From Basidioascus undulatus (taxonomy: Eukaryota): 45,924 nucleotides of DNA. The notes beneath the pieces were generated by a model. That model worked only from the letters and a program-made list of their open reading frames with translations, ran no database searches and was not told the DNA's origin. A program made the position numbers and the translations under genes. The stretch covers positions 1 through 45,924 of the forward strand of contig JTLS01000021.1 in NCBI GenBank assembly GCA_000826855.1, read 5' to 3'. This document shows positions 23,172 through 36,700 of the stretch, piece by piece (the stretch's first letter is position 1; every line of letters starts with the position of its first letter).

Positions 23172-24308
23172 GCGGACAGCCTTCTGTTACCTTTGGGCGA
23201 CTTCGGCTTCACACATGCCATTCCACTCCTTCATTCGACCGCGTTTCTCTGGATTTGTGCTGTAATTTTACGTGAAGTGTACACCACTTTCTTCTCGTCT
23301 TCTCGTTCTTCTTTCACTTTTTCTTTTCTTTCTACTTGCTTTTTCTTTGATGCTTGTTTGTCTGTCGCATTTATCCCATCATCTCATCGGACTCGTGCAT
23401 CTCTCTGCCTGACCTGGTCTGCTTCGGCCGTAGGTATTCCAGGGCTGTTGGTCGTCATGATCCGGCGGTCTTGGTTGAACGAAGCCGTTCAGTGATATTC
23501 CAAATTAACATCTCTGTCCACTGGGTGGCGACGAATCCGACAACTCTTTGGGCGTTGCCCTGGATGTCTTGGTACGCGGGCGGACGATTTCGTCTGCCTG
23601 TTCCTCCGGCATAGATTCAATCAGGATGGGTATGTACTGGTCCTACGAGAGTAGCTGCGCTGAAATCGGCTGGTTCATCACCGTCAGTCTGCGAAGAATG
23701 CGAATCTCCTTTCGCGTTCTGCATCTTGAGCATGTTCAAAAAACAAGCATGCAAGATCTGCAAGGCAAATTTGGACTCTATCACTTTCTATCGGCGCGCC
23801 TACCCACTTGAATGTGTAGAACGCGAACGCTAGCGATGGTCCAGCGTGCACAGTGTCGCTGTAGTCACTGAGGATGGGCATTCACACCTGTAGTACAAGG
23901 ACTTCTTTGCAGCCTTGATATCTATATCGTTTAAATATTCTGAACAGAAGCTCATTAGAAGTAGGCAGAAAAGATGAGGGCGCGAGCGGTGCACTGTGGC
24001 ACAACTTCTCAGACGGCTGGACAGGCTAACAGAGTCCGTCACAGTCTTCTAATTGGGCATTGGGGCGAGCCGATAGGGCTGATTCCCAAAAATAAAAATG
24101 AAAAAACCAAGCCTACGTTGGGCGAATTAGCTGTTCAACTCTCACTCAGCTCGTGATTGCGACGTCCGACTTGCGAGACGTTTCAATTCAATGTTCTCCG
24201 GTCTCGTGGCTTGCTAATCAATACGTTCACCGTCGTTCACCGTTTTCAGAACCGCCTTCAACCCGGTCATACCTCCGATCTCAGCCTTTATCATGCACCT
24301 CATTGCTC

Positions 24309-25612
24309 ATGGAACGCCTCCCTGATGAATCCTGGCCAACACTTTCGGCTCTGTTCTTCTGGACTACTATGGGTAGACATTCGGGTGGACGTTCGGCACC
24401 CGCTGGCAGAAGGACCGCCGGACCGAACTGATGCGCGTCTGCGGCCGCTGGAAGGTGAGAAGCTTCTAACATGCCGGACGGGTAGCCCGCGTTGAATGTT
24501 TTCCTTGTTCCAGAGCATTGTCGAAACCCTGCCGTACCCGCGCATTCGACTCCAGTCGGCTCCCGCTGTCGGCTTCAAGCAGGACCTCATGCGGCGTCAC
24601 CGCCATTTCGGAAAGCCAACGCGCTCGACTAAGCTGACTTTTGTTGCGACCCACGGCGAGGACAACGAAGACAGCTCTCCGCCGCCCAGGAGACGCTCTT
24701 GCTCGCGCCTTTGAACTACGTCGAGGGCCTCCGCTCCGTCGCAGCTCATGTGTCTTCCACGATGCTTGGTGTCACGTTCATCCAGGGGCTCACGCTGAGA
24801 TCTTCGCCCTTGCGTCTCCGATACTTTTCGATCTACACTCACGTGGCCCTCGAACTCCTCTTTCGGCGCCTCTCTAGGCTCTCTTCGCTGCAAAGCCTTG
24901 TTCTCCAATTAGTCGATGAGGACGAGATGGAGGACGACGTTCAGTCCGCACGGGAGTGCTGTCTCGATCTGCCTCGGCTCAAGTCCTTGACCATCTGGCA
25001 CATGCAGTTCGCATCTCTTTCCACGACATACACCGTAACCGCTCGGTGGGAGACCACCCTTGTTGAAGCACTCGGCCGCTCTGCCATCCCCCGCCTTGCT
25101 GACCTCGAGCTGTTTTATTTCCCATCCCCGACGAAGCCCTGCACGAAATGCTCGTGGACGTCGGCCCGGGCCTAGAGGGCTTTTGCCTCAGAGGCGACGA
25201 CCACTGGCCCGCTTTCACCCGGCTTGCTCGGATATGCCCCCAGCTGCAAACGTATGCGCCTCCTGTCCTGAGCGCGCTCTCTGGTGCCGGGCTAAGCCAT
25301 CCGGTTCTATCCAAAGTCGAACTCTTCGAGGTCTATGGCTTGCAGGATGTTGAAAGGTGCAACTTCGAAGGCCTGTTCGAGTTCTGCTGCGCGCTCACAA
25401 AGGACAACCTTCCGGCGCTTCGATAGGTAAAGATGGCGACTTATTCGTTCGCCTGGAAGGCTGCAGAAGACTATCCTGCCACTGATGACTTGGGGAAGCG
25501 TGAGAAGGTGGCTCTTATTTAAGCCTTTCGACTGGCGGGGGTCCTGGGCAAGTTGGGCGTTACGCTCGAGGATAGACAGGGTGTCGAGATGCCCCTGCAG
25601 CTGAATTCCTGA
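24309..25612 (+). pseudogene. F-box/LRR-like paralog A (mirror copy)
   Basis: Reverse complement of 20313-21616. Confidence 0.75.
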
Positions 25613-25999
25613 CAAGAGAAAATCTTTTGAACCATACATACGTTTCATCTTTTGGCACTGCCGAATGATCGCGGGTGGCATGAGGGCGTCCAGCTCTTCG
25701 AAACGGAGAGGACGCGGGCGGCAATGCCGGGCAGCATGCCTTTGGGATATCTGCTCAGGGAGGTAAGACCGAGCCGAAAAACTTATTTGATCTAAAAAAA
25801 AAATAGTTCTCGTCAAGCATTGTGAGTTCTCAACATGGCCGTAGCATGGCAGTGGTTCTGCGTGACTGACCTGAAAATGAGCGAACACGGCAAGCAACGG
25901 GACGTCTTGCAAAAGCAACACCTGTAGCAGCTATCAAGTTATATCAGGATTATATAAGGCAATATATTGTGCCAAAAGTTGCCATACACAAGAGTTGCC

Positions 26000-26855
26000 C
26001 AGGGACTCGTTCTGAGCCCCTCTACCTCGCAGCTTCGAGACATGTCGATTTTCACTTACGCCGATCTCAAAAGTCCTCTTTCGATGCCTCTCTAGGCTGT
26101 CGTCATTGGATACTCTCACACTCGAAGTGGTAGAAGAGGACGAATTGGAGGACGACGTTCAGTTCACACCGGCCTGCAGTTCGGACTACCTCACCTCAAA
26201 GTTTTGTAGGTCCGTCATACCCAATCGGGTTCCATCTCCAGGGCGTACGCAGCAAGTGCTCGCTGGGAAATCGGGTTTCTCGACTCGCTGTGCCTCTCAA
26301 CGGTGCCTCGACTAGTAGATCTCGACTTGATTCTTTGCCAAATCCCTGGCCCTGCCCTGCACCAAATGCTCGAACGCTTCGGCTCACATCTGGAGCGCCT
26401 GAGCCTCATCGGCGACAACCCAACGCTCGATGTCACGTACCTTGCTCTCACATGCCCCGAGCTGCTAACATATGCCCCTGCTATTCTAAGCACACTCCGC
26501 GGCGCCGAGCTCAGCCAGCGCCTACAAACAATACGAGCTCTCCGACGCCTATGATCTAGATTGCACTAATAGCGAGGACTTCGAATGTTTGTTTGCATTC
26601 TGCTCCGCGCTCACGAAGGACAACGTTCCGGCACTGCGGTCAGTGAAAGCAGTGACCTATTCCTTCCCCTAGAAAACGGACGAAGGTTATCCTGGGCTTC
26701 ATGACATTGGAACACACGGGAAGATGGCTTTGCTCCACGCTCTGCGGCTGGCAGCAGTCCTGGGCAAGTTGGATGTTACGCTCGTCGATGAAGATGGCGT
26801 CGAGATGGGCCTGCGACTGATTAGCTCCTCTTCTCGTGGACACATTGGCTCTTAG
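26000..26855 (+). pseudogene. F-box/LRR-like paralog B (mirror copy)
   Basis: Reverse complement of 19070-19925. Confidence 0.7.
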
Positions 26856-27631
26856 TGTATTGCGGATTCCTCATGAGAGAAATCAGTGTCTAACTCTCCG
26901 GGGGGAGCCAGGAAGCGGGGGCAATGTGCGGCTTGTGACTTCTGTTCGTGCAGGAAACCCGGTAGAAATATCATCAATCAAGGAGAGATGGGCTTGTAAC
27001 TCTCGAAACTACTATTATCAGGTGTGCCTTGCGCAGTCCGATAGCGCCCTGCCACGAGGAGACACTGTGAATCTTTTGGAAGCAACAGCTGTAGCGACTC
27101 TATAGTGACACCGAAGTATGGACGGAGACGAATCTCACCTTTTCATAGGGTAAGGTCATACAACAGAAATGCAGTGGCGGGATGCTGGCGAGCCCCGAGC
27201 AGGGAGAGTGCAGCTGCTCTTCGAAGGAGTCCTCGAAGCCCCAATGAACGGATAGTCGGTACTGATCCGTGAGCTCTTTGAGCTTCGTATGAAGCGATGT
27301 TTGAGACAATATGTCGGTTTGTCTGTGCCGCCGCTGCACTGCTAAGGCTGGACTCAGAGCCTCTTCCTGTCCCTCTCACGTCCGACTGTCTAGTCAATCA
27401 CGACATCCCAGTTGGCAAAAGTCCATGGATCTTAATCTTTTTAGGGCCCAGTGGCAGGCGAGCATCGCCAGACATTTCGAGGCATGCCAGCCAAGGCCAG
27501 CAGCCCAGCTGCCCGCGACCGCCGGCCTACGGTCTTGCGACGCGATCACCTCTCCCCCTCGCACGTCCACCATCTCGCCTCGTCGACCTCTCATATCGCT
27601 CACGTCTCCATCTACACTCAGCTCATTAACC

Positions 27632-28344
27632 ATGGTCTGAATACCGCCTTTTAATCAATCAATATATCGATCGCTCACAGGCTCGAATGCATAGTCCGCG
27701 TTTGCCGTCACCCCGAGCTTCCTCTGGCGCTCGGGCGCGCTGCTGAGTCCGTCTACGCCCCTCCGCCATGCTCGTTCAGCATAATGAATCTCACGCACCC
27801 CTTCTCGTGCAACAGCTGCTGCGGGCATCACGACCGGCGCGTTCGGGGCGCACGGCCTCCGCGCGCGCGCGGGCGTCACCCCGCACCAGATCGAGTCGTG
27901 GGGGACGGCCGCCCACTACGCGGTAGGCAGCGATTCTATTGTGTTTAACCTTCCAGATTGCACCCTGACCACCGTTTGTGCATCTCTACAGATCTTCAAT
28001 GGCATCGCGCTCCTCGTCATCTCGGGCCACCCGCGCTTCAGCACCTCGCGCTTCTCGGGGCCGGCGATCCTTGCTGGCTCGGTAGTCTTCTCCGGCTCGA
28101 TCTTCGCGCTTGTCTTAAACCGGGAAAAGTTGCAGCGCCCCGATGAACGCCAGGTTGTGCGGAGTCACACTGACAATTCCATGCCAACGCAGGTTCCGCT
28201 TCCTCGGACCGATCACGCCTCTCGGAGGGCTCGCCATGATTGCTGGGTGCGTCTCAACTCAATGCGGGCTGTATTCGTGTTGAGTTTTAAGTCTGACGCT
28301 TTGCCCTTCTCGTTAAAAGCTACGTCTCGCTCGCCCTTCCTTGA
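27632..28344 (+). CDS. DUF423/TMEM256-family protein (mirror copy)
   Basis: ATG at 27632, intron to tag 27694; TGA ends 28344. Confidence 0.92.
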
Positions 28345-28749
28345 TCCATTCGACCGCCCATCTTGCTATACTGCCACCGTAGCTCCTCACCACTCTCGAT
28401 ACGAAATAAATGATCAGTGCAGAAATGCCACCAAGACTCGGTGCAATTCTGCTCAGTGGAGAAATCGTTGAGATAACCTTGGAAGAAGAAAAGGAACGCG
28501 GAAGTATAGGTCGCACGGCGCGGCTCGCGGGCTGTACGGGGAACACGCAGTTCTACTGTGACCCGAAGTCCACGCCGCGCCCGCAGTACACCCGAGGCTG
28601 GCGACCTGGCGCACGACTGGAAATGCACTCGCTTCTTGCGCCAGGAAAGTATCTGCGATGCACACACACACACACAGAGCGCGGCCAACAATGCATGTCA
28701 GCGCACTCTCGGCGCTCCATGCAGGGAGCACCGCCCGTGACACCTGAAC

Positions 28750-29865
28750 TTAGATGTCCTCCTTGATCACTGCCGTCCCTTCGCTGTCGCTAAAGACGAG
28801 ACCCTCGCGCCAGCATGTAGTAACGAGTCGGTAAACAAAACCGGGCACGCCGCCGTAACTTGAGAACCGAGCCTTCCCGCAGAAATAAACTTGAGGCAAG
28901 CAGAGTGGAAAGGTCGACGCGCTCGATGTTGGAAATGAAAGCGGCTTGGTCTTCCTCCATGTATGGGAGATGCGACAGCTCGAACGTTTCGATTGTTGGA
29001 TGAGCAAGGGCAGCGATGTCCTAGCGCGCGATACTGGGTGGTCGGAAGAGGCGGAGAGCTGGGCAAGGCTCGGCTAACGGCGGGACAAGCTCGTCGCCAT
29101 GGGTGGATGCCAGTGAGAGATCAGTCAACGAGTGTCCGACGCCGTGAAGAGCTCGAAGAAGTCCCTCCAGAGAACGACAAAAGAGAGAGGCGCTTGAGGA
29201 TAGGCAGGCTCGAGCGGGCAAGAACTTGGAGGATCGATTCTGTGACATTGGCGTCGCTGTCGTCCGCTATCTCGAGATTACTAAGCGCAGCAAGGGTGAG
29301 TGGACCACAATCCCTCGTCCGCGGTTCCCCATGGACACGCAAACACCAGCTCGAGGTCCGTCAATGCCACGAATCGAGATATGTGAGGCACCGCGGCGTT
29401 CGGCGAGCATAAAAAAGAGACACTGAGGTGACAAGAGAGGATGCGAGCGCAGTCGAGACGAGGTGAGCGAGAGCGTGCTCGTGCATCGAGTCAACAGGTC
29501 GAAGCTGTCGAGTTGGACGAGATGGGACGCGAGCGAATACGACGCGATCAACAAAGATCGGCTGTCCGGGGTTCGATGTGCTTGACCAGGCGTCAAGCTC
29601 CCGGGTGTGGCAGCCCGGATTTAGGCTGTCCCAGTCGTGAGTGCTGGCAAAGCGATACAAGGGCGGGGTACAAATGGACTGAGCTTGAACGATGAGAAAC
29701 CGTTTCTGAAGGTGCGTCAGGGGTGTACGCACGTAGAACCGCTTCGATACGAGACAGAGCCCAAGGGCAGGGTAAATGGAAGAAGGCACCCACAAATCTT
29801 CGCAGATGGGGCCGGGGAGACGAGAGGAGCTGTGCGGCCCTCGGTTAGATCGGGAGCTCAGAGCA
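28750..29865 (-). pseudogene. Degenerate F-box-like gene (mirror copy)
   Basis: Reverse complement of 16060-17175. Confidence 0.45.
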
Positions 29866-30396
29866 ACGCCGACGCGGTCGTGCTCGACGGAGTCGTTTGT
29901 GTGGGGGTTAAACTTGACGCTGTGCACTCACCGTTTTAGCAAGATGTTGTTGTTGAGGCGGGTCGACGAAGCTAGGAAGGAGGAGTCAGATGGTGGTTGG
30001 ATGAAGCAAGCCGAGCAACCCTAGTTCACCGCCACTTCCGCCACGTCGGTCGCATACGTACCCAGTCTAGAGTACGTACTACTATTGTTTTTAGTTCCCC
30101 CCCTCCGATATCTTCTGTCTGTGAGTGAAATAAAGTGTGAGCTGCCTGCCCAAGGTTGTCCACGATTTCACCAGCATTCTACTCAAAAGGGTACCTTTCT
30201 GCCTAGCCAATGAGATCTGATAAGATTGTCTACCCCTGCCGATTTCTTGCCGAGTTCGTCATCCCGCGCGTCGATCGCGCGGTGCCCGCACCCGTCGAGC
30301 TGTCTCTCTCATCGCCGCTTTCGAAAACCGCGCACCATCCATGTGGGTTTGATTATCCTCCCTTCTTTCCCCCCCACCCACTATCAACACACCAAT

Positions 30397-31316
30397 ATGC
30401 CTGATACCGAGTCGACCGTACCCCTCCTCCCCAGCAGCAGCAGCAAGCCGCGGCTGCAGTGATGCCGGTTGTGGAGGAGACGCCGCGGGACCGCGCGTTT
30501 TGGCGGGTCGGCGCGGTACGTCTTTGGTTGGAATTTGAGAGGGAAAGTATGCTGAATATGGGGATGTATGGATCGCAGGGAGGGGCCGCCCTCATCGCTC
30601 TCACCGCGTGGAAGCTCGTCCTCACCTCGAACCCATTCGCTCTGGGTCCCTTCGCTGCGCACCCGACGCTGCAGTCCCTTGGGCTGCTGCTCATCGTGCT
30701 CGGTATTTCTTTCAAGCTTTTTCGCTCAGAACGGGCTTCCTTCGATATTGTCACTTACCTTGTGCGCTGTGGTTCGCCCCCAGGCATCCTCACCCTCCAA
30801 CCAACCAGCACACCGCCCTCCAAATCTGCAGGACTGACCCGCCATAAGTGGGTGATCTTCTACGCCGCTGCGCCAGTTCTGCTTGCCGGTATGGCATTCA
30901 TGTGGTACAACAAGCACATCCGCGGTGCAGCGCACTTCACCACCTGGCACGGGACGTGTGTCAACCTCCTAATTCCGCCCCTCGATCCCCCCCTTCTCAC
31001 TCAACTTTCCCCCCCTCACAGCTTCGGCCTCCTCACCTTCCTCGCTCTCACGCTGCAGCTCCTCTTCGGCCTGACCTTCATCACGCCCTCGCGCTCCAAG
31101 CCGACGCTCCCCAAGTCCCTGTGGAAGTATCACCGCATCAGCGGGTACGCCGTCCTCGCGCTCACGCTCGTCACCGTCGCACTCGCGGGCGAGTGGGCCG
31201 ACTGGGTACGGCTCCACAGTGCGCCCTGGGAGCGCACAATCGGGTTCGCGGGAGGGGTGCTGGCGGTTATGGTAGGGGTTGCGGGCAGGGCGAGGAGGTC
31301 GAAGATGGGCTTTTGA
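30397..31316 (+). CDS. Cytochrome b561 domain protein (mirror copy)
   Basis: As the left copy, except FLALTLQ here versus FLAPTLQ in the left arm. Confidence 0.85.
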
Positions 31317-31698
31317 GGGGTTGGAGGAGACGAAGGGACGCGGCGGGACGCTGCGACAGGGGACGATTGCTTCATTGGGACTAGATTCATGAGTATGTTG
31401 CCAGCTCATTCTGCGCATGGTCGAGCATGCGAGCGTCGGTGCTGTCTTTAGGCATCGCTCTGACCAGGGACGGCTGTAACGGTCGCGCTCAGCCGGTGTT
31501 TGCGCACATTTGAACTTTTAAGAATAGTCAATTGGGATATGTCCGCTTGAATTACTCACCTCAAAGAGACGCGTCACAGTAGCAGCGTTGTTTGGCGCTG
31601 CTCGCACCAAATCGAGAAGGCAGCTGCATCCGAATTCCGACCTCGCTTCCCGCTTGACCTTCTCCCACTACCTCCGGCCCTCCCACCTACTCCACCCA

Positions 31699-33189
31699 AT
31701 GTCCTCCTTCAAACGACGAGTCCCCACCACCCCCGCCTGCGCCCTGCCTCAGGGAACCATCGTCCCCCCCGGCACGCCGCACTTGCACCTCTCCACGGGC
31801 AGCGCAGCACTGGACGACGTGCTCGGCGGCGGGCTTCCGCTCGGCTCGTCGAACCTCGTGCTCTCCTCGGACCCGCACACAGCCTATGCGGACGTCGTGC
31901 TGCGGTACTACGTCGCGCAGGGCCTGGCGTCCGGGCAGGGCGTGCTCGTTGTGGGGAGGCGCGCTAGGGAGTGGGTCGGGGACTGCATGTGGCTCCCTGG
32001 CGGTGCTGCGGCTGCGGCTGGGGAGGATGATGAGGATGAGGGGGAGGTGGCGGGGAACGAGGAGGAGGCGAAGGGAGAGGCGAGAGGCGGGGAGAGGATA
32101 GCGTGGAGGTATGAGGGAATGAAGAAGTTCGAGACGAGCGTTAGGGCTTCGTGAGTACCGGACACCTTCCCGTTCCCTTTTCCCAAATCTTCCAAGCAAC
32201 CCGCTTATGACTGTTTCCCAAACAGCTCCGTATCATCCTGCTATCTCTCCACCTTCGACCTCACGCAGCGCGTCCCGCCGTCCGTGCTGGAGCGCGCTGA
32301 GCGGAAGGGACTGCTGGGCGTTGTTGAGCTCGATGAGCCAGAGGAGGACGAGCAGGGCCAGTGGGAGCGCGTTTTGGGTGCAATCAGGGATGCTGTGCAG
32401 GCTATCAAGAGGTGCGTCCAGCGCTCGCGATGGCTGCAGGGTGGATGGCTGCTGATGGTCGCGTGGGGACAGAAGTCCGGACGCCCCGCCCTTGCGCGTT
32501 GCCTTGCGGAACTTGTGTTCTTTCGAGTGGGGCGAATATGACTCGACCGTGCGTTCTTCTCCTTGCATGTCAAAGCACATCCAGCTGATAAACACTGTTC
32601 GCTCTCGCCCCGCCAGACCCTCTTCCGCTTCCTGCATTCCCTGCGCGCCATCCTCTCTTCCACTTCCTCCACCGCACTCAGCACGCTCCCCACTCCTCTC
32701 CTCCCGCCCTCCCTCGTCCCCATCCCCTCTCACCCCACGCCCTTCCTCTACCCCCTCGCCTCCGTCCTCTCCCTCACCTCCTTCTCCGCCTCCCCGCATC
32801 TCGCCTCATCCCTCCCGTCCTCCGCACACGGGACGCTCGCCATCCTCCGTTCGCCCGCATCGCACACCCTTGCGGCCCCCGCGCTGCGACACAGCGCCCT
32901 GCGCGGGCTCACCGCCGGCGCTGGGGAGAACAACCTCGCGTTTAGGCTCAAGAGGAGACGGCTCGTGGTGGAGACGCTGCATTTGGATGTGGAGGGCGGG
33001 GTCGGAGAGAGGCGTACGAGGCCGAAAGATGACGGACAGGGGAAGGGCAAGGGAAGAAGGTTGGAGGTTGGGCAGGAGGAGAGGAGCGAGGAGCGGGAGG
33101 GAGAGGGGCGGACGGAGACGCCGGGTGCGAAGGAGGGGAGGAAGAGGGTCGCGTTTAGGAGCGATAAGCCGGAGCTGTACGAGTTCTGA
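31699..33189 (+). CDS. ELP4: Elongator subunit 4 (mirror copy)
   Basis: As the left copy, except PSHPTP here versus PSRPTP in the left arm. Confidence 0.92.
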
Positions 33190-33717
33190 GATGGAAGGAC
33201 GTCCACAGCTATTTTGCGGTTCACATTCTCCGTACGTCGGACCGGCGTCCGATTCAAATTGACCCTACGGACGCTATTTGCGATAGGTGAATTCGCTCGC
33301 TCATCGCAGCTCGCGGCTCGCGGTTGCGCCGGTCTGTGGAAGCAGCTGCATAAGTCTACACTCAATGTTCAAGCCATGCTTAAACCCCTTCAACTTGCGA
33401 GTGCCACATCTCGCACGTCGAACACCGCCGCTGCTGTGCCTGCAATGCCAGTGGACAAACAGACTCGCGGTTGGCACTGTCGCAAGATGAGATATGGATG
33501 CTTGCAGAAGTACATGCAAGTCATCTAAATGATACAGGCGGCATCCCCACATGTCCAGAATCTCAAACGACTCGTATCGTCGTCGTCGTCTTTAAGGCAC
33601 TCGGCAGTCCACCATACGGTCATGAGGTATGTCTGCGGATCTCTATATCCGGTTTCGTATGCAGAAAACAACACAAGAAGAACAAAAGGAAGACATAAAC
33701 AAAACCCCAATCCTGCA

Positions 33718-36700
33718 TCACCACTCGAGCTTCGATCTGCCGGCGCCGCTGCAGCCCTCGCCGCACGCACTGTCGCCGGCGTCCTCCTTCGGCGCAACGA
33801 GGTGGATCTTCTCAGTGTCCCCTCCGAGCGCCTGGACCTCCTCCGTGCTCTTCCGGATCATCCACTTGGACGTCGCGAGGACCATGTCGAGCGCGTCCTG
33901 CGGCGGCAGCCTCAGGTAGATGTCGCCGCCCTCCTCCTTGACTTCAAAGGTCATGATCTGCACGGGGGCGTCCGATTAGCCATGAATTCTAACCAATTAA
34001 TAAAAATAGTAGTTTGGGACACACCGAGAACTCGCCGTCGTTCAGACACTCGCCGCCGTCCTTGGCGGAAAGAGTGAAAGAGTACTGCATGAAGGGGTGG
34101 TGAGCACTGCGCTCCAGGCGAAACGTGGCTTGTGGAAGCTCACCTTGTGGAAGGGGCAGGCAACATACTCCCGGCCTTGGGCATCCTCACCCACCAGCCC
34201 GTCGGACAGGCTGAACGTGCGCTTGTGCGGGCACTGCACAATTGGTCGAGGCTTTCAGCAAGCTGTCTAATAGCGAGGAAGCGTGAGGGTGCCTTACCAT
34301 CTGCTGCGAGGCAAAAAGGCCGCGTCCCGGGACGTGGAAGATTGCAAGTTGAACGTCTGAAGATCCCCCACAATCAGTTTTTGCAAGCGTAGGATCACAG
34401 GCGGTAAGGAAACATAACTCACCGCCATACTTGACCGTGCAGCTTGCCGTGCCCTGGCCCGAACCCAGGTCCGACATCTTCGCGAGCTTGACCCAGTCCC
34501 AAATCGCGGTGGGGTCGACGTCCGTCCGCGCGAACTTGACGGCCTCGATGGACTTGGGCCAGTCCGCGGGGCGCTTCTGGTTGCGCTCGGAGATGATCTC
34601 GATCGCGGGCTGCGCCTCCTGCGTGTTCGCGAACTGCATGAACTTAGCGCGCTTGGAGGGGTCCTCGACGACCGAGCGCCACTCCTTTGGGAGTACAGGA
34701 GGTCAGATGTGCGAGGGAGGGAGAAGTGGAGAGTGCAATGCTTACGTCGTGGAAGGTCCCGACGAGCTCGTCCGCCTCGCGGTCTAGGTCGGCGCAGATG
34801 CCGAGCGAGTCATTGATGATGATTTTGCGAAGCTCCTAAGCACGGAAAAAAAAGGTTAAAAGTGACTCGAGCCTGAAGAGTATCACAGCAAAACGCACAT
34901 CGATGCCGCCAGGAAACGACTCAACCCAGCGTGCTGTCCGCTGCAAGCGGTCGGCCGAGCGGATGCTGCAGTGCTCACATACAGCATCAGATCGGTTGGT
35001 ATTGAGAGGGAAGCAGGAATACGTACTAGAAGATGATGAATCGGTCGAGGATACGGATGGCCTGCCGCTTCGGCACGTCCTTGGCGACTGTGGCAGACCA
35101 AGCGTAAGAGACTGTCGACTCGCGTGGTGAAATTTACGAAGAAAACGCACTGAGCTGAGCGTGAGCGGGCTTGGCACCGCCGTTGCCTCCCACGAAGAGC
35201 TGTATCACACCTTTGTTGGTCTTTGAAAGAGAGGGAAGGAGTCAGAAGGAACAACATACGTTCCAGCCCTTGTCCGTCGCGATGAGACCGAAGTCCTTGG
35301 CCTGCGCTTCGGCGCACTCGCGGATACAGCCAGAAACACCACCCTTGCAAGAGAGAAGTCGTCGATGAGTAATCTTTTCAATAAGGCGTCTTCTTCGACA
35401 GGAGCTCACCTTGAACTTGTGCGGGGCACGGATACCCTTGTAGCGCTCCTCGAGCTCCACCGCGACGCCGACAGAGTCACCGATGCCGTACTGCAACAGC
35501 GAACCCCCTAAGCAGTCGTTCAAAGAACCTTAAGGCATGAAAGCTCACCCGGCACCACGTCGACCCGACGCAGCTCTTGACCGTGCGCAGCGACTTGCCG
35601 TACGCATGTCCGGACTCAAAGCCCGCCTCGAGCAGACGGGCCCAGATGTCCGGGAGGTCTTGGCGACGTGCACCGACTAAATGGCAGAGCAGAAGTCATT
35701 AAAATGATTCCCAGACATAAGAGGAAACACATGAACGCACAGAGGTCGATCCGCTGACCACCAGTGATCTTGGTGTAGAGCCCGTAGTCCTCCGCCACTT
35801 CGCCGAGAACGCGGAGCTTAGCCGGGGTGATCTGTCGCGGGAATTTTTCCGTCAGCAGGCAGTTGAAAATATCACAGAATGGTCCGTACCTCACCAGCGG
35901 GAACGCGGGGAACCACACTGTAAGAACCGTCACGTTGCTAGATGAAAGCGAAGCATCAGCAACATTCGATACTACATGCTGCAAAGCAGTCCCTTACGAT
36001 GCTTTGAAGTACAAGAAGAGTCAGCGTTAGAAATAGGGACGGAGTCGCACCGAAGGAATGCTTACTTGGCCATCCAACGGTCGTTCGTGTCTTGCAGCTG
36101 ATGGTGCTCATCCTCGATGATCAACTCGTTTCGCAAAGAGGAGAGGATGGAAGCGATGGCGGGCTTGCAGACTGATGCAATTAGAAGCAGGCGTCAGCCT
36201 GCTTCCAACAATGACTGACTCAGAATTGAAGCGCACCTTCGCAGCCGATGGTGTTGGAGTTCTTCGCAGCGGCGCTCGCGACCATCGAAAAGTTCATGCT
36301 GTAGGAACAAAATGTTGATGAGCCAAATTGACCGAACGCAATTGTGAAACTACACTAACAGCTTCTTGAACTTGATGATGTTGAAGAGCTCCTGACGGGA
36401 GTAGGGGAAGTGCGCGCACAGGTGGTTCGACACCTCGCCGCCGTTCCTCTTGACAGCAGCGTTGAACTGGGACCCGGTTTGGACGTTAGCTCATCTTTAC
36501 CTCATGGAGAACGGAAGATGCATACCAAGCTCATCGCCAGAGGAACGCAGCCACCGCAGCCGGCACCGCACTTGGTCTTCGCCTTGATCTCGCCCAAGCT
36601 CTTGGCACCCTCCTTGACGCACGCATCGATCTGGCCCTTGCTCACGTTGTGGCAGGAGCAAATCTGTTTCGCAAGCTTGAGTTGTGTTGTGGTTGATCAA

